A DNA stretch of 64,000 nucleotides from Dehalococcoidia bacterium. GTDB taxonomy: Bacteria; Chloroflexota; Dehalococcoidia; Lucifugimonadales; UBA1127. The translations under genes were made by a program, and so were the position numbers. Where the stretch lies: contig OZ244559.1 in assembly GCA_965217675.1 (NCBI GenBank), positions 1,986,126-2,050,125 on the forward strand. Reading direction: 5' to 3'. The notes under the pieces were generated by a model. That model did no database searches and had not been told where the DNA came from. It saw only the letters and a program-made list of their open reading frames with translations. Positions 18,032 to 26,866 of the stretch are shown here, in pieces (within the stretch, counting starts at the first letter, position 1; each line of letters starts with the position of its first letter).

Positions 18032-18523
18032 TTGAGACACCTCGTCACTATCCTTGTGTCGACCGGCCTAATCCTGGCGCTCAGCCTCCCGGGCTGCATC
18101 GGCGGCGAGTCGGAGTCGGGCGAACACGACGGCGGCGAGTCGACCGGCGAACACGGCGGTAGCGCTGAATCAGGCGAACACGGCGTCGCAGAGTCCGGCG
18201 AGCATGACGGCGAGGGCGAGTCCGATGGCGACGGTGAAGAGTCGGGCACACAGTTCGGGTTGAACGAGACTTTTGACGAGGTCCGGGCCGGCGCTCGGCT
18301 GGCGCTGTCCTACGACTCGGCTGCCAACGCCTTCACTGGCACCGTGGAGAACACCACAGGAGCCACGCTGAGGCGGGTCAGGGTTGAGGTGCACCTCTCA
18401 AACGGGACCGAGCTAGGCCCAACAACTCCGACGGACCTCGCTCCCGGTCAGGTGGCCGGCATCGCGCTTCCGGCAACCAGTCAACCCTTCGCAACGTGGA
18501 GCGCGCACCCTGAAGTGGGGTGA
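18032..18523 (+). CDS. Lipoprotein with an acidic Glu/His repeat tract (ESGEH x4) and a roughly 90-aa C-terminal beta-rich domain
   Basis: The lipobox is LSLPGC-I. The repeat tract is GGESESGEHDGGESTGEHGGSAESGEHGVAESGEHDGEGESDGDGEESG. TTG start at 18032. Confidence 0.6.
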   Translation: MRHLVTILVSTGLILALSLPGCIGGESESGEHDGGESTGEHGGSAESGEHGVAESGEHDGEGESDGDGEESGTQFGLNETFDEVRAGARLALSYDSAANAFTGTVENTTGATLRRVRVEVHLSNGTELGPTTPTDLAPGQVAGIALPATSQPFATWSAHPEVG

Positions 18524-18593
18524 TTCCCCCGCAGATTGAAGGACCAGACCGCCCCGGGGGATATTCCCGCCTGTGAGGTTGGGCCGAGGAGAA

Positions 18594-18953
18594 TTACGCC
18601 TTTTTCTTCTGATCCTGTTCGTTCTCCACAAGTTTGAAGTATTCAAGCGGGCGACCGGCTTTCTTCGCTTCCAGCCACATGTTGAACGACTCTGGACCTT
18701 CACGTGACGGCCAACCAGCCAGGAAACCCTTCACGCTAAGGTCCTCATCAAGATCAGGCCAGTGTATTCCTTGCCCATCTTCTAGGAGCTCATAGTTGTT
18801 GCGCTCCTCTGGTGTGGCATGGACCAACCGGGGGTACCACTCTAGCGGAACGGAGATGGTGCGCCCGTCCGCAAGCTCCGCCGTAAGCGTGTCCTCAGTT
18901 ACCCGCACACTGAGTGCGCTGGGTACGGTAACTTCAACGTTCGAAGCGGTCAT
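18594..18953 (-). CDS. DUF2442 domain protein
   Basis: Contains ALSVRVTEDTLTAELADGRTISVPLEWYPRLVHATPEERNNYELLEDGQGIHWPDLDEDLSV, the DUF2442 pattern. It overlaps the upstream DUF4160 gene by 20 nt. Confidence 0.7.
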   Translation of the reverse strand: MTASNVEVTVPSALSVRVTEDTLTAELADGRTISVPLEWYPRLVHATPEERNNYELLEDGQGIHWPDLDEDLSVKGFLAGWPSREGPESFNMWLEAKKAGRPLEYFKLVENEQDQKKKA

Positions 18954-19170
18954 GCCACTCCCTCAAGAATCGCGTTTGGTTATCTTCGATGATTTGCTCT
19001 ATCCTGCGCAACTCAGTTTCTCTCAAGCCACCGCCCCTTTCCAACCTAACCGGATCTAGCCAGAATTTGGCAACCCGATTGTCACGCTCCACGTGTATAT
19101 GCGGGGGCTCATCCCTATCGCCTGCGTAGAAATAAAAGCGAAACGGTCCCTCTCTGAGTATGGTCGGCAT
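18934..19170 (-). CDS. DUF4160 domain protein
   Basis: MPTILREGPFRFYFYAGDRDEPPHIHVERDNRVAKFWLDPV is the characteristic DUF4160 N-terminus. Confidence 0.75.
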   Translation of the reverse strand: MPTILREGPFRFYFYAGDRDEPPHIHVERDNRVAKFWLDPVRLERGGGLRETELRRIEQIIEDNQTRFLREWHDRFER

Positions 19171-19261
19171 CGCTCTGCTGCTCTTCGCTTAGTATACGGC
19201 AACTGTCTACATCACGGTCTCTCTGCCGCGCGACCCACCCGCGCAGCAAGACGCCTCCCCC

Positions 19262-20392
19262 CTACGTCACGTCCGATGGCGACGGGCCGCGGAAGCGCGC
19301 GGCTTGCAGCTCCACCGAGGTGACCGGCGGCAAGTCGATGAGCTCGTCGTACAGCGACATCGGCGGCTCGACGTCCTTGAGCGCCGGGATGACGTGCTCG
19401 CCCATCAGCTTGATCGAGCGCATCACCTTGTCGTGAGAGATGTTGCCGAACATCATCCAGTTGCTGACATTGGTGACGCCGAACTCAGCCGCCCTTTGAA
19501 ACTTTGCAATGACCGTGTCTGGGTCGCCGAAAAAGAGCGTTTCCTGCAGTTGGGTCTCGTCCAACTCTCCCGGGAAGGGGCCCGAGGCCACGCGGCCATC
19601 GGTGACCTCCAGCCTATTGAGCGCGCGTCCGGCACGGATCTGCCAGCGGGCGTGGTGCAGCTCCTCCAGCGCTTCCTCCATTGTCGGCGCCACATGCGTC
19701 ACGGACTGCAGTCCCAGGTCCGGGCGGTGGTAGTCCTTGCCCTCCGCCTTCAGCGCGTGCACCAGGGAGGTCAGGTGGGACCGCACGCCGCTCGCGCCCA
19801 GCAGGCCGGTGGTAATGGGCATCATGTTCCACTTGGCCGCCAACTGCATGGTCTCGACGCTGGTGCCGGCCACCCACAGCTTGGGGTGCGGCCTCTGCAG
19901 CGGCTTCGGCCAGACGGTGGTCGGGTGGTTGACCTTCACGAACTCGCCGTCATAGGTGAAGGACTCGTCCTGCGTCCACGCCTTCACCATGACGTCCAGC
20001 GACTCGAGGAATATCTGCCGCGAGTCCGGCAGGTCGATGTCGAAGCGCGACATCTCGTGGGGCTGGTAGCCTCGCCCGATGCCGCAAATGAAGCGCCCGC
20101 CGCTGAGGTTGTCGAGCACCGCCACCTCCTCGGCGAGCCGCAGGGGGTTCCAGATGGGCAGCACCAGGACGGCGGTGGCGATCTGGAGGCGCTTGGTCCG
20201 CTCGGCGATGGCCATGGCCTGCAGCAGCGGCGCCGGCGAATTGCCGTAATTGGAGAAATGGTGCTCCGCGACGAGCACGTAGTCGAAGCCCATCTCCTCC
20301 GAGTATTGAATCTGCTCCATTCCCTCCTCAAAGAGGGTTTTCCAGTCTCGGACCTCCGGGTTGGGCCACTCATAGAACAGGCCGAATTTCAC
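19262..20392 (-). CDS. LLM-class (luciferase-like) flavin/F420-dependent oxidoreductase
   Basis: MKFGLFYEW...MGFDYVLVAEHHFSNYGNSPAPLLQAMAIAERTKRLQIATAVLVLPIWNPLRLAEEVAVLDNLSGGRFICGIGRGY is the classical bacterial-luciferase fold signature. Confidence 0.85.
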   Translation of the reverse strand: MKFGLFYEWPNPEVRDWKTLFEEGMEQIQYSEEMGFDYVLVAEHHFSNYGNSPAPLLQAMAIAERTKRLQIATAVLVLPIWNPLRLAEEVAVLDNLSGGRFICGIGRGYQPHEMSRFDIDLPDSRQIFLESLDVMVKAWTQDESFTYDGEFVKVNHPTTVWPKPLQRPHPKLWVAGTSVETMQLAAKWNMMPITTGLLGASGVRSHLTSLVHALKAEGKDYHRPDLGLQSVTHVAPTMEEALEELHHARWQIRAGRALNRLEVTDGRVASGPFPGELDETQLQETLFFGDPDTVIAKFQRAAEFGVTNVSNWMMFGNISHDKVMRSIKLMGEHVIPALKDVEPPMSLYDELIDLPPVTSVELQAARFRGPSPSDVT

Positions 20393-20547
20393 AGCGCGAC
20401 CCCTTCATGGCAATGGGATAGCTGCAAGTGTGGGCAACGCGGGCTGGAGTGTCAACGGGCTACGGGCAGGGGCGCCTAGCCATTACCGGGCACACCGCCA
20501 TGACGAGGTGCTATCATGCGGCCACAGCGGAGAAGGAGGGCAGGGCC

Positions 20548-21432
20548 ATGAGCACAGAGTTGGTAAACGTGCGAGCCAAGGACGGCGTCCGGCTTGACGG
20601 CATGTGGCGAACGCCAGAGCCCTCGGCGGGCAATGGCCTGCCCGTCGACGTGATGGTCCTCCACCACGGCGTCGGCGGCAATTTCTACGGTTCCAGCCCC
20701 TTCGAGAGCTTTGCGCCCAAGCTGCTCGAGAACGGCTGCGCCACCATACGGGTGAACAATCGCGGGCACGACGCCGTCAGCAACGCGGTTCGCGACGGCA
20801 AGCGCACCAAGTTCGGCGCAGCGTACGAGATCATCGACGACTGCCGCCAAGACTGGGCGGCGTGGCTGGATTTCGCGGAGGCCCAGGGCTACGAGCGCAT
20901 CGGCGTGTGGGGCCACAGCCTCGGGGCAGTGAAGTCTATCTACCACGCCGCAGTGGAGCGAGACCCTCGCGTCACATGCGTCGTCGCGGGATCGCCTCCG
21001 CGGTTCAGTTACGGTTCCTACTCCAGCGTCGAGACGTGGGGCCACGAGGAGGAGGCGGGGAAGCGGTTCTCCGAGACCTGCGCCCTGGCGATGTCCTACG
21101 TGGAAAAGGGCGATCCGGAGCAGCTCATCCAGGTGGAGTTCCCCGTTCCGCTGCTGGTCAGCGCGGGCACGTACATCGACAAATACGGGCCGACGGAGCA
21201 GTACGACGTGGTGACCCGCATCCCGGACGTGACAGTTCCGTTGTTCTGTGTCATAGGGACCGCGGAGCCGCTGGAGCAGTTCCCGTTCTGGGGGCTGCCG
21301 GAGGAGATGCAGCGGCTCCACGATGAGGTGGAGAACTTCACCTTCTCCTACGTCGACGGCGCCGACCACTCCTACACCAACCATCGCAATGAGGTATGGG
21401 ACGTCACAGAGGCATGGCTGCGAGGCCTGTGA
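20548..21432 (+). CDS. Alpha/beta-fold hydrolase
   Basis: AAGGAGGG lies 7 nt upstream of ATG 20548. The nucleophile elbow is GHSLGAV. C-terminal acid and His candidates are present (GADHSY). Confidence 0.7.
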   Translation: MSTELVNVRAKDGVRLDGMWRTPEPSAGNGLPVDVMVLHHGVGGNFYGSSPFESFAPKLLENGCATIRVNNRGHDAVSNAVRDGKRTKFGAAYEIIDDCRQDWAAWLDFAEAQGYERIGVWGHSLGAVKSIYHAAVERDPRVTCVVAGSPPRFSYGSYSSVETWGHEEEAGKRFSETCALAMSYVEKGDPEQLIQVEFPVPLLVSAGTYIDKYGPTEQYDVVTRIPDVTVPLFCVIGTAEPLEQFPFWGLPEEMQRLHDEVENFTFSYVDGADHSYTNHRNEVWDVTEAWLRGL

Positions 21433-21468
21433 CATCCGGGTGACGCCACTCAACGAGGCAGAGGCGCT

Positions 21469-21873
21469 CTAGCCCTGCAACGCCTCAAGAAACTCGGCGG
21501 CGTTCAAAATTCGAGTGCCTCGGTACTCCCCCAGCGGCAGAAGGTGACGGCGATCGCCCGTGATGAGGAAGTCCGCCCCTGCCGCCACCGCGCAGTCCAG
21601 GATGCGGTTGTCGGCGTGGCCACCGGGGACGGCGTCAGCCGAGGGCTCGGGGTCGACAATGGTGGCGTATCGCAGCAGTTCCGCGATGGTTTCCCCTACA
21701 CGTTGGGGACTCCAACCGAACTTGCGCGGCAACACGCCTACGGCCTCGTCGAGAATTCCGGGGGAAACGTACGCCTCTAACAGGCTGTCGCGGGCCATGT
21801 CCAGCACGAGGGACTCATTGCCAGTGTGCGTAAAGCCCGAGACGATGACATTGGTGTCGAGGACGACCTTCAT
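21469..21873 (-). CDS. PIN-domain toxin (TIGR00305-type putative toxin component)
   Basis: Begins MKVVLDTNVIVSG, with ...ADFLITGDRRHL near the C-terminus. It overlaps the upstream antitoxin gene by 4 nt. Confidence 0.8.
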   Translation of the reverse strand: MKVVLDTNVIVSGFTHTGNESLVLDMARDSLLEAYVSPGILDEAVGVLPRKFGWSPQRVGETIAELLRYATIVDPEPSADAVPGGHADNRILDCAVAAGADFLITGDRRHLLPLGEYRGTRILNAAEFLEALQG

Positions 21874-22154
21874 GCGCTAATGGCCGACGTCTTCCCCTCT
21901 GCCTCCTCAGCTGCCATCTCCGCCCGGTACTCTTCGATCAGGCGCTGAACGTCCTCCGGCTTGATGCCCATGCGCTGCGCCTGCTCCCGCCCGTACTTCT
22001 TGATCTCCTGCCACCTGTGGTTGCGAACTGCGCGCTCGACTGCCTGCTGCAGAAATGCGCTGCGGGATACACCCGCTTGTTCGGCAGCCTCTTCCACTTG
22101 CTTCACCATGTCGAGTGGCAACGTTACGGTCAGAGACTTTGTGTTGCGTGTCAT
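21870..22154 (-). CDS. Ribbon-helix-helix (CopG-like) antitoxin
   Basis: GAGGGA lies upstream of ATG 22154. The RHH-like segment is KSLTVTLPLDMVKQVEEAAEQAGVSRSAFLQQAVERAV. Its stop overlaps the PIN gene start. Confidence 0.7.
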   Translation of the reverse strand: MTRNTKSLTVTLPLDMVKQVEEAAEQAGVSRSAFLQQAVERAVRNHRWQEIKKYGREQAQRMGIKPEDVQRLIEEYRAEMAAEEAEGKTSAISA

Positions 22155-22229
22155 GGCTATCCCTCGTACTAGCGCCTGCACTTGATGTTGCGGGATGGCC
22201 ACGCAAACGTCAAGTAAGCGGCCCAGCCG

Positions 22230-23750
<1,521 letters not shown>

Positions 23751-23757
23751 AGCTGCG

Positions 23758-23786
23758 ATGTTATCAATATTTTTGTTAGTAGTCAA
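23758..23786 (-). promoter_or_regulatory. Sigma-70-type promoter TTGACT - 17 nt - TAACAT, ending 7 nt before ATG 23750 (leaderless configuration)
   Basis: The reverse complement of 23758-23786 is TTGACTactaacaaaaatattgaTAACAT, followed by cgcagct and then ATG. It sits in an AT-rich patch in otherwise GC-rich DNA. Confidence 0.4.
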
Positions 23787-23957
23787 GGCAACTTTGGCAC
23801 GAGAATCACGTTGCTTGCGATTCTTAGACCCCGATCTTTCCTGAATAAACACAATTTTCGGTATTAGAGACGTCAGGGATCACGAGGAGCCATCGTGCGA
23901 CGGCCCGGATTCCTGCCTCCGCCTTCGGGTGGATGATGAGGGTTGGGGCGGCGTCGA

Positions 23958-24074
23958 GGGACATTGTTTTGCGGGCCGGGCGTAGCTGCGGCGGGCTTTT
24001 TTGGACATTGCTTTGCGGGTCGGGCGTAGCTGCGACGGGCTTGTTTATGCATTCGCTTTGTAGCTGTTGTGACG
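23958..24074. repeat. Tandem direct repeat, about 45 bp x 2 plus a degenerate third copy
   Basis: Copy 1 (23958-24002) is gggacattgttttgcgggccgggcgtagctgcggcgggctttttt. Copy 2 (24003-24046) is ggacattgctttgcgggtcgggcgtagctgcgacgggcttgttt. A partial copy atgcattcgctttgtagctg... follows. The unit lengths of 45 and 44 nt are out of frame with each other, so the repeat is non-coding. Confidence 0.7.
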
Positions 24075-24273
24075 CATTGCAGATATAAATCCAAAGCCAG
24101 AGACGCGACGGTGGTGAAACAATTCCCTGCTTTGGGGAGCCGAACTCCAGGCGGTCATCGATGCGGACCGTGCGGGCGAGGGTCTTTTCGAGGAGGTTGC
24201 GTGCGACTTCCACGCGGGCACGGTAGCGTAGCCCATCGCGCCGGGGCAAGGGGGCGGTGGCAGGGTGTACGCG

Positions 24274-24300
24274 GCCCTTCGACAGGCTCAGGGCGAACGG
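24274..24300. repeat. Dispersed 27-bp REP-like element, copy 1 (gcccttcgacaggctcagggcgaacgg)
   Basis: A near-identical copy (1 mismatch) is at 38234-38260. Both are intergenic. The translation gives the PFD(K/R)LRANG / LSLSKG peptides typical of spurious ORFs over such repeats. Confidence 0.7.
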
Positions 24301-24402
24301 GCGCTGGGTTGGGGGCGGGCGATTCGGGGAGCACCTTGCGCATTGGGTTGGCGTTCGGGGTACTGCGACGGTTGGTGGTGGTGGGGATGCCCCTCCTGCC
24401 CT

Positions 24403-24422
24403 GCCCCTCTGGATTCCTGCCC
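24403..24422. repeat. REP-like hairpin attcctgc-cctc-gcaggaat (the GGAATGACG element family)
   Basis: Perfect 8-bp inverted repeat with a 4-nt loop. The minus-strand translation gives VIPARAGIQ / RHSCEGRNP, the well-known repeat-derived peptides. Related variants occur at 23908-23940, 24566-24590 and 31036-31062. Confidence 0.6.
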
Positions 24423-24430
24423 TCGCAGGA

Positions 24431-24603
24431 ATGACGGTGTGGGGGGCAGGCATGACGAAGAGGGTGGGCAGGCATGATGAGCGTGGGGGCAGGCATGACG
24501 CTGAGTGGGCGCGGGCATGATGAGCGTGGGGGCAGGCATGACGAGGGGGGTGGTAGGCATGACGATGAGAGGGGCCTGCTTGCCGGGCAGGAATGACGCT
24601 GAG
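24431..24603. repeat. Array of 6-7 degenerate direct repeats with 21-22-bp phase (core GGCAGGCATGAYGAG-GGG)
   Basis: The CATGA core recurs at 24441, 24463, 24484, 24506, 24527 and 24548 (spacings 22, 21, 22, 21, 21). A GGAATGACG variant is at 24579-24587. There are no unique spacers. The array ends just upstream of TATAAT at 24608-24613. Confidence 0.75.
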
Positions 24604-24607
24604 GGGG

Positions 24608-24613
24608 CGCGGA
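24608..24613 (+). promoter_or_regulatory. Consensus -10 box TATAAT upstream of the first MDR dehydrogenase paralogue
   Basis: ggaggccTATAATgcagc lies 39 nt before ATG 24653, with GAGGGGG as the RBS. The same gcctataatg context recurs before the second paralogue. Confidence 0.35.
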
Positions 24614-24652
24614 GGCCTATAATGCAGCTACATCCACAGAGGGGGCGCTCCC

Positions 24653-25681
24653 ATGCAGGGCATGCTCTTCCTTGGCGATAAGCAGGTGGCGCTGCGGGAG
24701 TTCCCAACGCCCTCCGGACCCGCTGGTCGACAGGTCGTTGTGAAGTTGCGGGCGTCGGGGCTGTGCGGGAGCGACCTCACGCCCTACCGCTCGACGGCGG
24801 AGGGGCTGGGGTCGAGGGCGCACGTCATTGGCGGACACGAGCCGTGCGGCGAGGTCGTCGAGGTCGGGCCGGGTGCTCGCAACGTTGGCGTGGGCGACCG
24901 CGTGATGGTCTACCACTACGGCGGCTGCGGCCGGTGCGTTCAGTGCCTCTCCGGCTGGTGGCATATGTGCACCCACGGCGAGGTGATCTACGGCGCTCAG
25001 GCCCACGGGGGGTTTGCCGATTACCAGCTCGTGGAGGACTACATGTGCGTCCCCATGCCGGACGGCTTCAGCTACGAGGAGGGCGCGGCGTGCGCCTGCG
25101 GCACGGGGACGGCGTACCAGGCGGTCAAGCGGCTCGCGGTTTCCGGGTGGGAGACCCTTGCCATTTTTGGGCAGGGCCCGGTGGGGCTGAGCGCGACGAT
25201 GTTTGGGGCGGCAAGCGGCGCGTACGTCATCGCCGTCGACCCGATAGCGGAACGGCGCGCACTGGCGGCGAAGCTCGGCGCGGCCCAGACCGTCGACCCG
25301 GCCGACGCCGACCCCATCGAGATCATCAAGGCCGCGACGCACGGCCGGGGCGCCGACGCGACTCTCGACGCCACGGGCATCGCCGACGTGCGGGTCGCCG
25401 CCGTGCGGTCCGTGCGCGACTGGGGCCGAAGCTGCTTTGTCGGCGAGGGCGGCACGGTCACATTTGACGTCACCAACGACATCATCCGGCGGCAGCTCAC
25501 ACTCATGGGTTCGCGGACGTTCAGCACCATCGTGCTCGAGGAATTGGGCCGCTATGTCGTGGAGCGGGGATTGCCGCTGCGCGAGCTGATCACGGGGCGC
25601 TTTACTCTCGACCAGGTAGATGACGCCTTCGTCCGGTTCGAGGCCGGCGCGGCGGGCAAGTATGTCGTGACGTGGGACTAA
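24653..25681 (+). CDS. Zn-dependent MDR alcohol/polyol dehydrogenase (threonine/sorbitol-dehydrogenase-like), paralogue 1
   Basis: Catalytic Zn motif is GLCGSDL...GHEPCGEVVEVG. The structural Zn cluster is CGRCVQCLSGWWHMC. The Rossmann motif is GQGPVGL. Confidence 0.85.
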   Translation: MQGMLFLGDKQVALREFPTPSGPAGRQVVVKLRASGLCGSDLTPYRSTAEGLGSRAHVIGGHEPCGEVVEVGPGARNVGVGDRVMVYHYGGCGRCVQCLSGWWHMCTHGEVIYGAQAHGGFADYQLVEDYMCVPMPDGFSYEEGAACACGTGTAYQAVKRLAVSGWETLAIFGQGPVGLSATMFGAASGAYVIAVDPIAERRALAAKLGAAQTVDPADADPIEIIKAATHGRGADATLDATGIADVRVAAVRSVRDWGRSCFVGEGGTVTFDVTNDIIRRQLTLMGSRTFSTIVLEELGRYVVERGLPLRELITGRFTLDQVDDAFVRFEAGAAGKYVVTWD

Positions 25682-25707
25682 GCCTGCGAGGATGAGGGGG
25701 GAGGGCC

Positions 25708-25713
25708 TATAAT
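25708..25713 (+). promoter_or_regulatory. Consensus -10 box TATAAT upstream of the second MDR dehydrogenase paralogue
   Basis: gagggccTATAATggccgc lies 28 nt before ATG 25742, with AGGAGG as the RBS. Confidence 0.35.
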
Positions 25714-25741
25714 GGCCGCAACACGCACAAGGAGGCCCGCC

Positions 25742-26770
25742 ATGCAGGGCATGCTCTTTCTCGGCGACAAGCAGGTGGCGCTGCGGGAGTTTTCCGCGCC
25801 CTCGGGTCCCACCGGGCGCCAGGTGGTAGTGAAGATGCGGGCGGCGGGCCTTTGCGGAAGCGACCTGCGCCCATACCGCTCGACGCTGGAGGGGCTTGGT
25901 GCTCGGGCCAACGTCATTGGCGGGCACGAGCCCTGCGGCGAGGTCGTCGAAGTCGGGCCGGAGGTGCGCTCGCTGCGCGTCGGCGACCGCGTGATGGTCC
26001 ACCACTACAGCGGCTGCGGACGGTGCGAGCACTGCCTCTCGGGGTGGGCGCAGCTGTGCCAAAACGGCATGGTGCTGTACGGCTCCCAAGCCCATGGGGC
26101 CTTTGCCGACTACCAACTGGTGGAGGACCACATGTGCGTCCCCATGCCGGACGGCCTCAGCTATGAGGAGGGCGCGGCTTGCTCGTGCGGCACGGGGACA
26201 GCGTATCAGGCGGTCAGACGGCTCGGCGTCTCCGGGCGGGATGCCTTTGCCGTGTTTGGGCAGGGGCCGGTCGGGCTGAGCGCGACGCTGTTCGGCGCGG
26301 CCAGCGGCGCCTACGTCATCGCCGTCGACCCCATCCCCGAGCGGCGCGCGCTGGCAATGAAGCTCGGCGCGTCCGAGACCATCGACCCCAACGAGGTGGA
26401 CCCCATCGAGGTCATACGGTCGACGACCCACGGGCGAGGCGCGGACGCCACCCTCGACGCCACCGGCGTCGCGGAAGTGCGGGCCGCCGCCGTGCGCTCG
26501 ACGCGCGTGTGGGGGCGCAGCTGCCTGGTCGGCGAGGGCGGCACGGTCACCTTTGACGCCACCAACGACATCATCCACCGCCAGGTGACGCTGATGGGGT
26601 CATGGACGTTCAGCACCGTGGTGCTGGAGGAGCTTGGACACTACGTCGTCGACCGGGGCGTGCCGCTGCGGGACCTGATCACGGAGCGGTTCTCGCTGGA
26701 CGAGGTGGACGACGCCTTCACCCGCTTCGAGGCCGGCGCGGCGGGCAAGTACGTGGTGACGTGGGACTAG
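25742..26770 (+). CDS. Zn-dependent MDR alcohol/polyol dehydrogenase, paralogue 2 (tandem duplicate of 24653..25681)
   Basis: Same length (342 aa) and collinear with paralogue 1. By eye about four-fifths of residues are identical, including the identical N-terminus MQGMLFLGDKQVALREF and C-terminus FEAGAAGKYVVTWD. Confidence 0.85.
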   Translation: MQGMLFLGDKQVALREFSAPSGPTGRQVVVKMRAAGLCGSDLRPYRSTLEGLGARANVIGGHEPCGEVVEVGPEVRSLRVGDRVMVHHYSGCGRCEHCLSGWAQLCQNGMVLYGSQAHGAFADYQLVEDHMCVPMPDGLSYEEGAACSCGTGTAYQAVRRLGVSGRDAFAVFGQGPVGLSATLFGAASGAYVIAVDPIPERRALAMKLGASETIDPNEVDPIEVIRSTTHGRGADATLDATGVAEVRAAAVRSTRVWGRSCLVGEGGTVTFDATNDIIHRQVTLMGSWTFSTVVLEELGHYVVDRGVPLRDLITERFSLDEVDDAFTRFEAGAAGKYVVTWD

Positions 26771-26774
26771 GGAG

Positions 26775-26803
26775 TTGACCCGCCCGCCTGACCGTCGTAC
26801 TGT
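26775..26803 (+). promoter_or_regulatory. Candidate promoter TTGACC - 17 nt - TACTGT for hicBA
   Basis: TTGACC is at 26775-26780 and TACTGT at 26798-26803, about 60 nt upstream of the hicB start. Confidence 0.3.
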
Positions 26804-26866
26804 GAATCCTGCGTCAATGCAATGGCTGGGCACAAAAAGACAGCAGTATGGAAGAGGCGCGTTTCA

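Noticed and set aside
24110-24245. A minus-strand stretch (…RRDGLRYRARVEVARNLLEKTLARTVRIDDRLEFGS…) that faintly resembles the C-terminal end of DUF559-type endonuclease-like proteins. Such proteins are often found next to these repeats.
   Set aside because: The similarity is only impressionistic. There is no start codon and no N-terminal part, and it is embedded in repeat-derived sequence. At most it is a relic, and I cannot support that without a search.
23824-24453. A 209-aa minus-strand ORF, plus overlapping ORFs at 24155-24496 and 24288-24707.
   Set aside because: The translations consist of the repeat-derived strings VIPARAGIQ, RHSCEGRNP, LSLSKG and MPAPTLIMPAPT. They run straight through the REP-like hairpins and tandem repeats, so they are artefacts of repeats and not genes.
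24431-24603. Possible CRISPR array, because of regularly spaced repeats.
   Set aside because: The period is only 21-22 bp and the units are contiguous and degenerate. There are no unique spacers of CRISPR length, and no cas genes are in the window.
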